A stretch of DNA of 63,707 bases, counting the filler, from Octopus bimaculoides (lineage: Eukaryota): assembly GCF_001194135.2 (NCBI RefSeq). It is 6 parts of 6 records of this genome, joined end to end, with 100 filler letters (N's around TTAATTAATTAA, not from the genome) between each part and the next. Parts side by side here need not be neighbours in the genome. Positions count along the whole stretch, not along the records: positions 12,611 to 22,945 come from NC_068994.1; positions 23,046 to 32,314 come from NC_068991.1; 4 more parts are not named here. One strand, 5' to 3'. The notes under the pieces were generated by a model. It was not told where the DNA came from. It searched no databases and was given only the letters and a program-made list of their open reading frames with translations. Below, piece after piece: positions 13,611 to 24,676 of this stretch. A program made the position numbers and the translations under genes. The stretch's first letter is position 1. The number at the start of each line of letters is the position of its first letter.

Positions 13611-14202
13611 TTTCATATGGTCAGTCCAAATGGAAATAAAATGCTTAAATAATGTCTGTGAGGAATAGAAATGAAAGAAGGAAGAAATGAAGAAATGAGA
13701 GAGACAGAAACTGACAGACAAACTGAAATGTCTCCAAATCTGTGATTAATGTAACATAATTAGATGAGTATCAAGCCAAGTGCAGCTTCAGCATTAGCTG
13801 AAAATCTAATACATGCTACAAAATGCAATCGCTTGAGAAAAAGCCAATTCTCAAGGCAAACAAATTACGAGAACATTAAATAGACGTCTTATGGGAGCAA
13901 TATCTCAAATGAGATTTAAAATGCAAATGAAGTCGCCACCTGACTTAAGAAATTATACAAAACTAGGAATAGGAATAGAAGATATTAGTGAATGAGGAGG
14001 TAAATTTAACACCCAATTATATACATTATTGCAACTTCGTATTGATAGTGAGTAGGAAAATTGCCAAGTTTAGTGGAGGTGGGTAATTCTTTATTCAAGA
14101 TTTTTACACAGACGATAAACTAATTTGCAAAAATATATTAAATTTTATCAAATGTCACATGGAAGGATCATAATATCAGTAGTGTGTCACTCAAAATATT
14201 TT

Positions 14203-14340
14203 GTGGCATTCGGTAATATCTCTTTACATTCTGATTTCAAATTCTGCTAGAGTCTTCTTTGCCTTTCATCCTTCTAAGGCCAATAAAATAAATGTCAATT
14301 GATAGAGAAGAGCTGGAGTCACAGTAATTGACTATACTCT
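14203..14340 (+). mobile_element. SINE family B fragment
   Basis: TTTACATTCTGATTTCAAATTCTGC...TTTGCCTTTCATCCTT core. Confidence 0.6.
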
Positions 14341-14451
14341 AGATCAGTGAAGATGAACTTATAAATACATGTCCAGCAGTAGCATGTCATACATTTTTAA
14401 GTGACAAGTGATGGAGATTGAAGATAATAAAAAAAAAATCACTCGCAATAT

Positions 14452-14615
14452 AGATGCAGGTGTGACTATGCGATAAGAAGTTTGCTTCCAAACCACATGA
14501 TTTCCAGCTCAGTCCCACTGTGTAGCATCTTGGACAAATGTTTTTTTCTACTAGAGCCTCGAACTGACCAAAACCTTGGGAATGCATTTGAAACTGAAAG
14601 AAGCTTGTCATATAT
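14452..14615 (+). mobile_element. SINE family A, 5' half, diverged
   Basis: ATAGATGCAGGTGTGACT...AAGAAGTTTGCTTCCAAACCACATG...CAGTCCCACTG...GAAACTGAAAGAAGC. Confidence 0.7.
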
Positions 14616-14879
14616 ATTTATGTATATTTTTCTTTTATTGGATGAATGTAAGTTCGTCCTTTAATTGGAATTATTTCTAAAGATTTCTGATGTCTTTTCT
14701 TCATACTTTACTTTTGAATTTTCTATAATAGTTTTTTGTAAACCTTTAGATTATTTTCATAAAATATGTATATGCATATGTAATACCTATAGATACATCC
14801 TCTTTAAAATATGAAATTCATATAGTTTTACATATAGGATTAGATTCAATTCTCAAGGTGTGTGTATGTATATTTTTCT

Positions 14880-14942
14880 GATAGTATGTCCAGACGACCT
14901 GATAGTACATCCAAACGACCTGATAGTACATCCAGACGACCT
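14880..14942. repeat. 21-bp minisatellite, 3 copies
   Basis: Unit GATAGTACATCCAGACGACCT with minor variants. Confidence 0.9.
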
Positions 14943-15154
14943 TGATTGTGGATTCATGATATTTGTATGTATAAATGTGAATACGTATAATTTGTATGAT
15001 ATATTTGTAACTTTGATGTGTGCCTTTATATATATTTTTAAAAGATAATATGTATATATATATATGTGTGTGTGTATGATATGTATGTACTGATGTATGC
15101 ATGTGAATGTATGTGTGTATGCTTATGTAGGTATAAGTATGTATGTATTTATAA

Positions 15155-15207
<53 letters not shown>

Positions 15208-15462
15208 TGTATATGTGTCTATGTAGGCTGTGCCTCTCCACTGTCAGTATTGGGAGTATGGGTGTATCTGCCTATATACATGCACATAAGAATATTTAGA
15301 CTTGTATTTATAGGAGTATGTCTGCGTACTTGTATGTATATGAAGAGCTATATTTGTATGAGTGTAGGCACCCCCTTTTAACTATTCATATGTAGGTCCA
15401 TGTATAAGTATGGATGTATATACGTGTATGCATGTGAATGTATGTATATTTGTATGAGTGCT

Positions 15463-15765
15463 AAGAGCACCGTTCGAGCGTGATCGTTGCCAGAGCAGCT
15501 GTCTGGCTTCCGTGCCAGTGGCATGTAAATAGCACCATTTGAGCATGATCGTTACCAGCGTCGCCTTCCTGGCACTTGTGCCAGTGGCACGTAAAAGCAC
15601 CCGCTACACTCTCGGAGTGTAGTTGGTGTTAGGAAGGGCATCCAGCTGTAGAAAGTCTGCCAAATCAGATTGGAGCATGGTGTAGCCACCTGGTTCACCA
15701 GTCCTCAGTCAAATTGTCCAACCCATGCTAGCATGGAAAGCGGACGTTAAACGACGATGATGATG

Positions 15766-15767
<2 letters not shown>
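15463..15767 (+). mobile_element. RTE-type 3' end, divergent module variant
   Basis: Two GTGCCAGTGGCA-containing modules, then the same RTE tail and (GAT)n. Confidence 0.85.
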
Positions 15768-15803
<36 letters not shown>

Positions 15804-15813
15804 NNNNNNNNNN

Positions 15814-15848
<35 letters not shown>

Positions 15849-16581
15849 ATATACACATGTATGTATGTGTATAAATATATATATATATGTATGTATGTAT
15901 GTATGTGTTTGTGTATATATATATTTATATGTGTGTGTGTGACTGTGCATGTGTGTATGTATGTGTGTATATGTATGTGTGTATATGTCTATATGTATGT
16001 ATCTAAGTATATATGTGTGTGTGTCTATGTATGTATAAATGTATATATATCTATATTTGGCTGTATGGGTATGTATGCGCATGAGTATATGTGTATTGGT
16101 ATTTATATACAATAGGATTTGAGTATACATATTTCTATATCAGTGTTGTTAGTCTATTTAAGTTTGTATATGTAAATCTATGTATGCCTGGATTATATCC
16201 ATAAATTATCCAAGTATATTAATTATTGCCTCCCCTACATTACAACAAATTTCTCCAGTTCTCGTTTTTTTGATTCATTTTTCCTTTCAACAATAATATA
16301 AAAAAACTATTTCAACACACACTAACAAAAAAAGCCTTTCTTATATACTAATAGCTCTATCTTATGTGTAAGTTTAAAACGTAAGTAATCCCACTTATTT
16401 TAGACCTTGTTACTCATATAGTATTTATTTCTAAATCTTATTTAAAATATATCTAGCTGTGACTAGATAATTAATTATGACATATAACAGTTATTTTTGT
16501 CTATGAATATTAGATCTATTATTTGCAATAAATGCTTAATAGGTGCAGGAGTGGATCTATTATTTACAATAAATGCATTAT

Positions 16582-16985
16582 AGATGCAGGAGTGGCTGTG
16601 TGGTAAGTAGCTTACTTACCAACCACATGGTTCTGGTTTCAGTCCCACTGCGTGGCACCTTGGGCAAGTGTCTTCTACTATAGCCTCGGGCCGCCCAAAG
16701 CCTTGTGAGTGGATTTGGTAGACGGAAACTGAAAGAAGCCCGTCATATATATGTATATGTATATATATATGTGTGTTTGTGTGTCTGTCTTTGTCCCCCC
16801 AACATCGCTTGACAACCGATGCTGGTGTGTTTATGTCCCTGTAATTTAGCGGTTCGGCAAAAGAGACCGATAGAATAAGTACTGGGCTTACAAAGAATAA
16901 GTCCTGGGGTCGATTTGCTCGACTAAAGGCAGTGCTCCAGCATGGCTGCAGTCAAATGACTGAAACAAGTAAAAGAGTAAAAGAG
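16582..16985 (+). mobile_element. SINE family A, full length, young
   Basis: A-box-like TGGCTGTGTGGT, B-box-like GGTTTCAGTCCC, central TA/TG microsatellite, and (GTAAAAGA)n tail. Confidence 0.9.
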
Positions 16986-17574
16986 AGAGAGTAATTCATA
17001 TATTTTATAAACCAGAAATTATTCTTTAATATCATTATTAACGACCAATTTCTCTAAAAATATCTTAAATCGAAAGGAGAATTGACAGTTAAATTAAAAC
17101 TAAATTTGTATTTGAAAATACATATACCTCCTTATTTGGCATTTCTCAATGTACATACAAATACAGTTTGACCAATAATAAAATTCATTTAAGGAGTTTT
17201 AAATAGAGACACATATTGAATTTCATAGACAGAATGTCAGTTTTTAATATTACATATATTAGCACCCACTGAATACATATTTTTTCAGTCTTGATTCAAA
17301 TAGACATGACTGCAAGAATGACTATACTAATCCCAAAATGATAACTAAGAGAAAATCTATGTACTTTTAATGTCTTTTTTAGTTTTATATCAGTTATTGA
17401 CTAGTAGAAATATAACTATTATGATTTTCTATTCATGACTATCTGAGTCTTTTTGTATGAAACAAATTGTATAGCAACATGAAAAATAAAAACTATAATC
17501 CATTTTAACATTTAATCTCCATTGCATAAATATGAATGAATTTGTTGAACTTTGTGTAATAAGTTAAATCATAT

Positions 17575-17883
17575 AATGCTGCCCCATTATATAACAATGC
17601 CCTTAAAGCTAGTGGATTTAAAGAGGAAATAGCTTGTACACCTACTATTAGGTCAGAAATAAAGAAAATAAAACATAGACACAGGAAAATTATCTGGTTC
17701 ACAACCCCTTACTTCCCCGAAGTGACCTTTAATATAGGTAAATATTTCTTGTCACTTATAGATAGACATTTTCCAATACATCATAAATATAGGAAACTCT
17801 TCAATAGGCATAACCTAAAAATTAGTTTCAGTTCAACCCCAAACTTTAAAAACAATTATACACAATGCAACACAACAACATGA
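17575..17883 (+). mobile_element. Penelope-like element fragment (RT-to-endonuclease linker)
   Basis: Stop-free 102-codon frame without ATG: NAAPLYNNALKASGFKEEI...RHRKIIWFTTPY...NIGKYFLSLIDRHFPIHHKYRKLFNRHNLKISFS, matching the PLE YN.AL..SG / RKIIWFNPP / IGK.FL.LID.HFP motifs. Confidence 0.8.
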
Positions 17884-18139
17884 AGGCTTATGTCTATGTA
17901 TTGTGAGAATATGGTGGTGTGCATTTTTTATCTTTCTTTTTTTTCTTTTTCTACCTATTAAAGTAACTTCCCTTTTATTCAATGGATTTTCATAGCGTCT
18001 GTTGCTATTAACAGCCGACAAGAATCCATCGTAGCTCTTTGCTCCAACATTTGAAACTCTGAGTATTATAATGACAACTTTTTACTGTTTGTTCTAAATT
18101 ATAACACACACACACACACACACATATATACATGTCTGT

Positions 18140-18368
18140 GTGTGTATGTGTGCATGTCTTTGTGTCTGTGTTTGTTCCCACCACCACCACTTGGTAACTG
18201 GTGTTGGTGTGTTTACATCCCCATAACTTAATGTTTTGGCAAAAGAGACCGATAGAATAAGTACCAGGCTTAAGAAAAACTTACTTAGGTTGATTCAACT
18301 AAAACCCTTCAAGGTGGTGCCCCAGTATGGCTGCAGTCTAATGACTGAAACAAGTAAAAGATAAAAGA
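18140..18368 (+). mobile_element. SINE family A, 3' half
   Basis: GGCAAAAGAGACCGATAGAATAAGTACC...GACTGAAACAAGTAAAAGATAAAAGA. Confidence 0.85.
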
Positions 18369-18941
18369 AAAAAACACAAAAAATAAACACAAATAATGTA
18401 AACAGGATGTTCTGGAAAATGAGGTTAAACTTTTCTGCACAGAAAAGGATTCAGTTCCTGTTTTTTTAACCTTAAACAATGATATTTTTTGAATTGTGGT
18501 TAGAAGCAGTTCAGGACATAATAATAGCTGCAATTACTTGCAAAACAGGACTTAAAAGTTAATCGCAAAAAACTGAATTTGATGGAAACTTTAATTCTTT
18601 GAGAAAACACATAAAAGATAAATTTAGGAGTAACTACACATTTTTGCTTTATCAAATCTTAATAACTAGATTCAGTCTTTTATGCCGAAATAATCTGAAA
18701 GAACAATGACAACTAATTTTCTAAGGCAATGTTATACAAGAAGGTACCTTTCTTGTCTACAACCCTTTTAGCTACTTCTTATAACATGCAGTGACACAGT
18801 GTTCCAATTCTTATTTCTTCTAAAATACACTGCTTTTGTTGCAATTGATTTTGAAAATAATCAAGTATTTAGTAAAACAATTTTGTCATTATCAGTTTTG
18901 GATTTGGAAGGTAAATCAATAGGAAATTTTGATGGAAAGTT

Positions 18942-18974
<33 letters not shown>

Positions 18975-18975
<1 letters not shown>

Positions 18976-20115
18976 TCCTTTACTTGTTTCAGTCATTAGA
19001 CTGCTGCCATGCAGAAAGACAACCTTGAAAGGGTTTTAATCAAATGAATGGACTGCAGGACTTGGTCTTTTTTTTTTTTTTTGATTTCTTGAAACTCTAT
19101 TGGTCTCTTTTTCCAAACCACTAAGTTATGAGGATGCAAACAAACCAACATTGGTTGTCAAACAGTGGTGAGGGAAAAAACAAACACAAATGCACACACA
19201 CATACACACACACACACACATACAGGGTGCGATGGGTAAATTGTCGCCATTTTTATTTTTAATTTCATGCATGCGCAGTACAGGAGTGTCAGTTAGGCAC
19301 CATCTATGAGAAAAACAGCACCATGATGTAATTCACTCTGCCAGAAATTTGGAAACAACATGCTGTACTGCTTAGCATTTACACTGGAAGCTCCAATACA
19401 AACATTTCAGAGTGTTTGGGTGTCAATATGAGGACATGTACCGAGAGTGATAAAAAATCAAACATCCAGTATCTGGAGGAGGTAGTGCCGCCCTGGGTCA
19501 AGAGGATGGCTGCTGGAAGACCCTATGTCTGGCAACAAGATTCAGCACCTTGCCACACAATCAGGAGAATCCAGTCATGGCTGTCAGACAATTTCTGAAA
19601 CTACATCACCCCTAACATTTGGCCATCTAACTCCCCAGACTGCAGACCCCTTGATTATTATGTGTTGGATAATTGTGTGAGGGACCAACAAAACTCTTTG
19701 TAACACCAAAGATGAACTAAATGTAAGGATTAATGACAGCATTCACCAACTTAAACAAGGAAACCATCCAGAAGAGTTGCAGGAAATTCCAAAGTTGTTT
19801 GTAGGCCATGGATGAAGCCAATGGCAATTTTATTGAATAAATTTGCTCTTTAGTATTTCAAGATATTCTTATGTAATTTTGGTAAATACATCTGTTAAAA
19901 TGAGATGTCAGTGTTATTTTCATTTCTGTATAATTTAAAGGACAGTTTATTCATGGCTCTCTGTAGTCATAGGCTTCTTTCAATTTGTCTATCAAATCCA
20001 CTGACAAGGCTTTGATCAGCTCGAGGCTATAATAGAATACACTTGTCCAAGGTGCCACATAGTAAGACTGAACCTGAAACCATTTGTTTGGAAAGCAAAC
20101 CTCTTACATGCATTC
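18975..20115 (-). mobile_element. SINE family A interrupted by a DNA transposon
   Basis: 3' half at 18975-19220 and 5' half at 19966-20115, both on the minus strand, separated at the central microsatellite. Confidence 0.85.
19223..19963 (+). mobile_element. Internally deleted maT (DD37D) Tc1/mariner element with TIRs and TA target duplication
   Basis: TA|CAGGGTGCGATGGGTAAATTGTC ... GACAGTTTATTCATGGCTCTCTG|TA imperfect TIRs. Translation WQQDSAPCH...WPSNSPDCRPLDYY has 37 residues between the second and third catalytic D; one in-frame stop and frameshifts. Confidence 0.9.
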
Positions 20116-20248
20116 CCATCATTTATAAAATACAGAAATAGATATAATAACGATGCAGTTAAACAGAATAAAACGAAAAATATATATATAATGTATAGAA
20201 TGTTATGTCTGTATATCATTTTTTTGTTTTATTCTATTTAACTACATC

Positions 20249-20614
20249 GGACTGGTTCTTGTGCGGGTGGCACATGAGATGCACCATTTTGAGCGTGGCC
20301 GTTGCCAGTACCGCCTGACTGGCTCCTGTAGGATTTTCGAGCGAGATCGTTGCCAGTGCCCCTGGACTGGCTTGTGCGGGTGGCACATAAAAGACACCAT
20401 TTCGAGCGTGGCCGTTTTCGTGCGGGTGACACGTAAAAGCACCCACTACACTCTCTGAGTGGTTGGCGTTAGGAAGGGCATCCAGCTGTAGAAACTCTGC
20501 CAAATCAGACTGGAGCCTGGTGTTGCCATCCGGTTTCACCAGTCCTCAGTCAAATCGTCCAACCCATGCTAGCATGGAAAGCGGACGTTAAACGATGATG
20601 ATGATGATGATGAT
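20249..20614 (+). mobile_element. RTE-type 3' end, young copy
   Basis: Modular 5' part plus tail apparently identical to 1-228. Confidence 0.85.
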
Positions 20615-21130
20615 ATTGTATTATCTATCTCCATATTTTATAAATGATGAGAATGTATGTAATGGGTGTATATATGTACATATACAAATAGATATATCTA
20701 TGTATTATTTATATTTTTAATTCTTTAGTTTACTTTCTTTTATTTATGTCATCTGGTTAGATGGATGGATGTATGTCTAGGTAGATGTTGTATATAGCTG
20801 TAAGGCTTCGTGCTGTTATATATGCACAATTCTTCGTCTGTTGTATTTATATAATGTCTTGTTTGTTTCTGTTACAGTATACATTTGCTAGCTTTTTCTC
20901 AGTAGCTTAATGACAGCACTGGTGCCTCTAAGATTGAGTGGTCTCAATGATAGTGGTGCGAAACCACTATTATATTTTGGTTCATTGACTGACAAGGAAA
21001 ACTCAGCTGCAAGTATTCTGTGTATCATGTTTTTGTCTATATTTCCTGTCCATTAAGTTTTCATCTAGTTTCCCATTTGCTCTGCTTTTATCTAACTTTT
21101 TCTCTTTATATTCCATCTGTTCAACCCTTG

Positions 21131-21163
<33 letters not shown>

Positions 21164-21260
21164 GATATATATTTATGTTTATACATTTATATATATATAT
21201 ATATATAGATAGATAGATAATAATAAATGGAGTAAAACGCATGTCAATAAAAGTTCCTTT

Positions 21261-21351
21261 AATTCCTACACATGTTTCGAAACAAATGAGAGGTCTTTCA
21301 CAAAGAAGAAAGAGCTGATGGGGTTCTTCATTTATTTCTCTTCAGGGAGTT
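21261..21351 (-). ncRNA. Type I minimal hammerhead ribozyme motif (intact core)
   Basis: Minus strand: AACTCC-CTGAAGA-GAAATAAATGA-(loop)-TCATTTGTTTC-GAAA-CATGT-GTA-GGAATT. Core CUGAAGA/GAAA/GUA; 11-bp stem II with one G-U; stem I 5 of 6 bp; palindromic ACATGT in stem III. Confidence 0.75.
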
Positions 21352-22161
21352 CATAATAAAACATGTAATAGCAAGACAAAAACGAAATGATGGGGTAACT
21401 TACAAGCAGAGATGTTANNNNNNNNNNNNNNNNNNNNNNNNNNNNNNNNNNNNNNNNNNNNNNNNNNNNNNNNNNNNNNNNNNNNNNNNNNNNNNNNNNN
21501 NNNNNNNNNNNNNNNNNNNNNNNNNNNNNNNNNNNNNNNNNNNNNNNNNNNNNNNNNNNNNNNNNNNNNNNNNNNNNNNNNNNNNNNNNNNNNNNNNNNN
21601 NNNNNNNNNNNNNNNNNNNNNNNNNNNNNNNNNNNNNNNNNNNNNNNNNNNNNNNNNNNNNNNNNNNNNNNNNNNNNNNNNNNNNNNNNNNNNNNNNNNN
21701 NNNNNNNNNNNNNNNNNNNNNNNNNNNNNNNNNNNNNNNNNNNNNNNNNNNNNNNNNNNNNNNNNNNNNNNNNNNNNNNNNNNNNNNNNNNNNNNNNNNN
21801 NNNNNNNNNNNNNNNNNNNNNNNNNNNNNNNNNNNNNNNNNNNNNNNNNNNNNNNNNNNNNNNNNNNNNNNNNNNNNNNNNNNNNNNNNNNNNNNNNNNN
21901 NNNNNNNNNNNNNNNNNNNNNNNNNNNNNNNNNNNNNNNNNNNNNNNNNNNNNNNNNNNNNNNNNNNNNNNNNNNNNNNNNNNNNNNNNNNNNNNNNNNN
22001 NNNNNNNNNNNNNNNNNNNNNNNNNNNNNNNNNNNNNNNNNNNNNNNNNNNNNNNNNNNNNNNNNNNNNNNNNNNNNNNNNNNNNNNNNNNNNNNNNNNN
22101 NNNNNNNNNNNNNNNNNNNNNNNNNNNNNNNNNNNNNNNNNNNNNNNNNNNNNNNNNNNNN

Positions 22162-22197
<36 letters not shown>

Positions 22198-22391
22198 CAA
22201 CAATGTACCGTATATCCCAAAAAGAAGCATGCTCGAAACCATAGAGCAGTTTTGCACCCCTGCAAAACGTTCACAGGGCTAAGCCCTTTGTGGATGTGAA
22301 ACCATTGGTGATTCTATGACAGGACATGGACTTAACTACTTATAAATATATATGTATGTAAGTTTATATGTTCTTATATATATATATATAT

Positions 22392-22481
22392 ATGACATAT
22401 AGAATTTTATATATACATGACATATAGAATTTTATATATACATGACATATAGAATTTTATATATACATGACATATAGAATT
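22392..22481. repeat. 25-bp minisatellite, about 3.6 copies
   Basis: Unit ATGACATATAGAATTTTATATATAC, identical copies. Confidence 0.9.
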
Positions 22482-22932
22482 CAAAAATAAAAGGTTAGTC
22501 CTCTATTGCAACTTCAAAGTTAGGAACCAAAAGTGGATCCATTCTTCTCTTCAGAAGAACATTCCTGTACATAGATTTTAACACAAAAACATACCTTGGG
22601 GTCTAACATGTGTCCCAACTGGCAAGAATAATGTGTCAACATCTGTCTACACACTTCAAATTCTGAATTCAAACAAAATTGCAATAGAGGATTAACCTTT
22701 TATTTTTATTTAGGTTTTGAATTTTATATGTCATGTCACTCGCTGACAGCATTTACGATGAGGAGATGGAGATATAATATGAGTGATTATAGTGGCTTTT
22801 TGACTGCTATTTCTAGGTTATAATTGTGATTTATTCACAATTATTATAATCTTCTTTCATGAAATAATTTTTTGATTGCATGTTCTGGCCACTGATATAT
22901 TCATGGATAATTTTGAATTGTGCCAAAATTAT

Positions 22933-22945
22933 AGATCGGAAGAGC
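22933..22945 (+). other. Illumina adapter remnant at contig end
   Basis: Exact AGATCGGAAGAGC immediately before an N-gap. Confidence 0.9.
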
Positions 22946-23045
22946 NNNNNNNNNNNNNNNNNNNNNNNNNNNNNNNNNNNNNNNNNNNNTTAATTAATTA
23001 ANNNNNNNNNNNNNNNNNNNNNNNNNNNNNNNNNNNNNNNNNNNN
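22946..23045. other. 100-bp scaffold gap with TTAATTAATTAA marker
   Basis: The same 12-mer sits inside 100-nt gaps at 12556, 22990, 32359, 48621 and 60362; it has stops in all six frames. Confidence 0.9.
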
Positions 23046-23332
23046 ATATACATATGTATATATATATATGTGTGTGTGTGTATGTGTGTGCATTTATGTG
23101 TGTATATATATATGTATTTATATGTACATGTATATATATATATGTGTGTATGTGTGTGCGTGTGTGGATGGATTGATGGATGCATATTTCATTCCATTTG
23201 ATGTTTTATATGTAAAGCATTCAACATTAAACTGAAGGATAACGCAATCCTTGTTTGTAGAGATCGTATTTACTGATAAGCCACGATAATCGAAAACATT
23301 TCACCTCAGAAAAATTAATATTTAATCTCTCA

Positions 23333-23468
23333 ATGGCGGTAAGCTGGCAGAATGGATAAGACGCTGGCAAAAATACTCAGCGAGACATTTCGTCTGTCTT
23401 TACGTTCTGATTTCAAATTCCGCCGAAGTAGGTCGGCTGGTGCCTTTTATATTCGGGATCGATTAAAC
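23333..23468 (+). mobile_element. SINE family B fragment (diverged but CpG-retaining)
   Basis: GGCGGTAAGCTGGCAGAAT...TTTCGTCTGTCTTTACGTTCTGATTTCAAATTCCGCCGA. Confidence 0.8.
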
Positions 23469-23473
23469 ATATA

Positions 23474-23810
23474 TACTGTCTGCGTAAAGATGTAGTCTAC
23501 CAGTGCCGTATTGTAACACCAGGCTCCTACCCAGCAAGGTTCTATATCGGCGGTAGTGTTGATTTCAAGCGAAACTACCGTGCACAAATGAACTCTTTCT
23601 CCAATCCAAATTCTAAATTGTCTGCCTCCTTAGCAACTTATGTACACAATCTCAATAAGCTCAAAATTTAGACATTATTCACAACAACCACAAGCATGTC
23701 AGCCAGAGAAGCTACAGATGACCAATAAATCCTAATCTTCTTATTCAAATGAAAATTGTAAGCTTCACGACTCTAACTTTGACATTGGCCAGATATGTAC
23801 AACACCATCA
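23474..23810 (+). mobile_element. Penelope-like element GIY-YIG endonuclease fragment
   Basis: YCLRKDVVYQCRIVTPGSYPARFYIGGSVDFKRNYRAQMNSFSNPNSKLSASLATYVHNL* with VVY...FYIG core, then degraded CQPEKL...NPNLL. Confidence 0.75.
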
Positions 23811-24608
23811 CGTACGTTCCCCATGCATATACATCCAGAGGCAATTGCAACACACGACAGCACAGCCTAAGTAAAAGGTACATAGTAAAATATTAACATG
23901 TAATACATCCATCCTTATAGAGTTCACAGCCGAAAGACATGAATGATTATAAAAGCAATAGACGTATCCTAAGACAATAATATGAAAAATTCACGAAGAG
24001 AAAACAAGGCACAAACAAAATAAGCACTGTATTTACATGTGTGTGTGTGTGTGTTTGTGTGTATATGTGTGTGTGCGTGTGTTTGTGCGTGTATGTATGC
24101 ATCCTGTCGGGGAACCGTTTGTGTTATTTTCCCTCCATTACGTAATCTGTCTTGCCTATTTCTTAATACGCGTCTGAAACAAATAAATATCATTGCATGA
24201 AGTTTTACACTCTGTAATGAAATTCGGTTTTCGCCTTGTCTCTCTCTCACTCACTCTCTCTCTCTCTCTCTTTCCATATGTATATATATACATATATATA
24301 NNNNNNNNNNNNNNNNNNNNNNNNNNNNNNNNNNNNNNNNNNNNNNNNNNNNNNNNNNNNNNNNNNNNNNNNNNNNNNNNNNNNNNNNNNNNNNNNNNNN
24401 NNNNNNNNNNNNNNNNNNNNNNNNNNNNNNNNNNNATATATATACATGTATACACACATATATGTACATACTTACATCTACATGTGTATATATATGCATA
24501 TCAGGGTACATGACGTTAGAACAATGAACTACAGACAACGGAACGAACACATAGGAAAACGGAAAGCCACTTGGAATATTCCTTCATCAGTTGTCTCTAT
24601 TCTAACCT

Positions 24609-24676
<68 letters not shown>

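Noticed and set aside
14818-16130. YI/HT/CV/LS-rich ORFs here and throughout
   Set aside because: They are translations of dinucleotide and tetranucleotide microsatellites.
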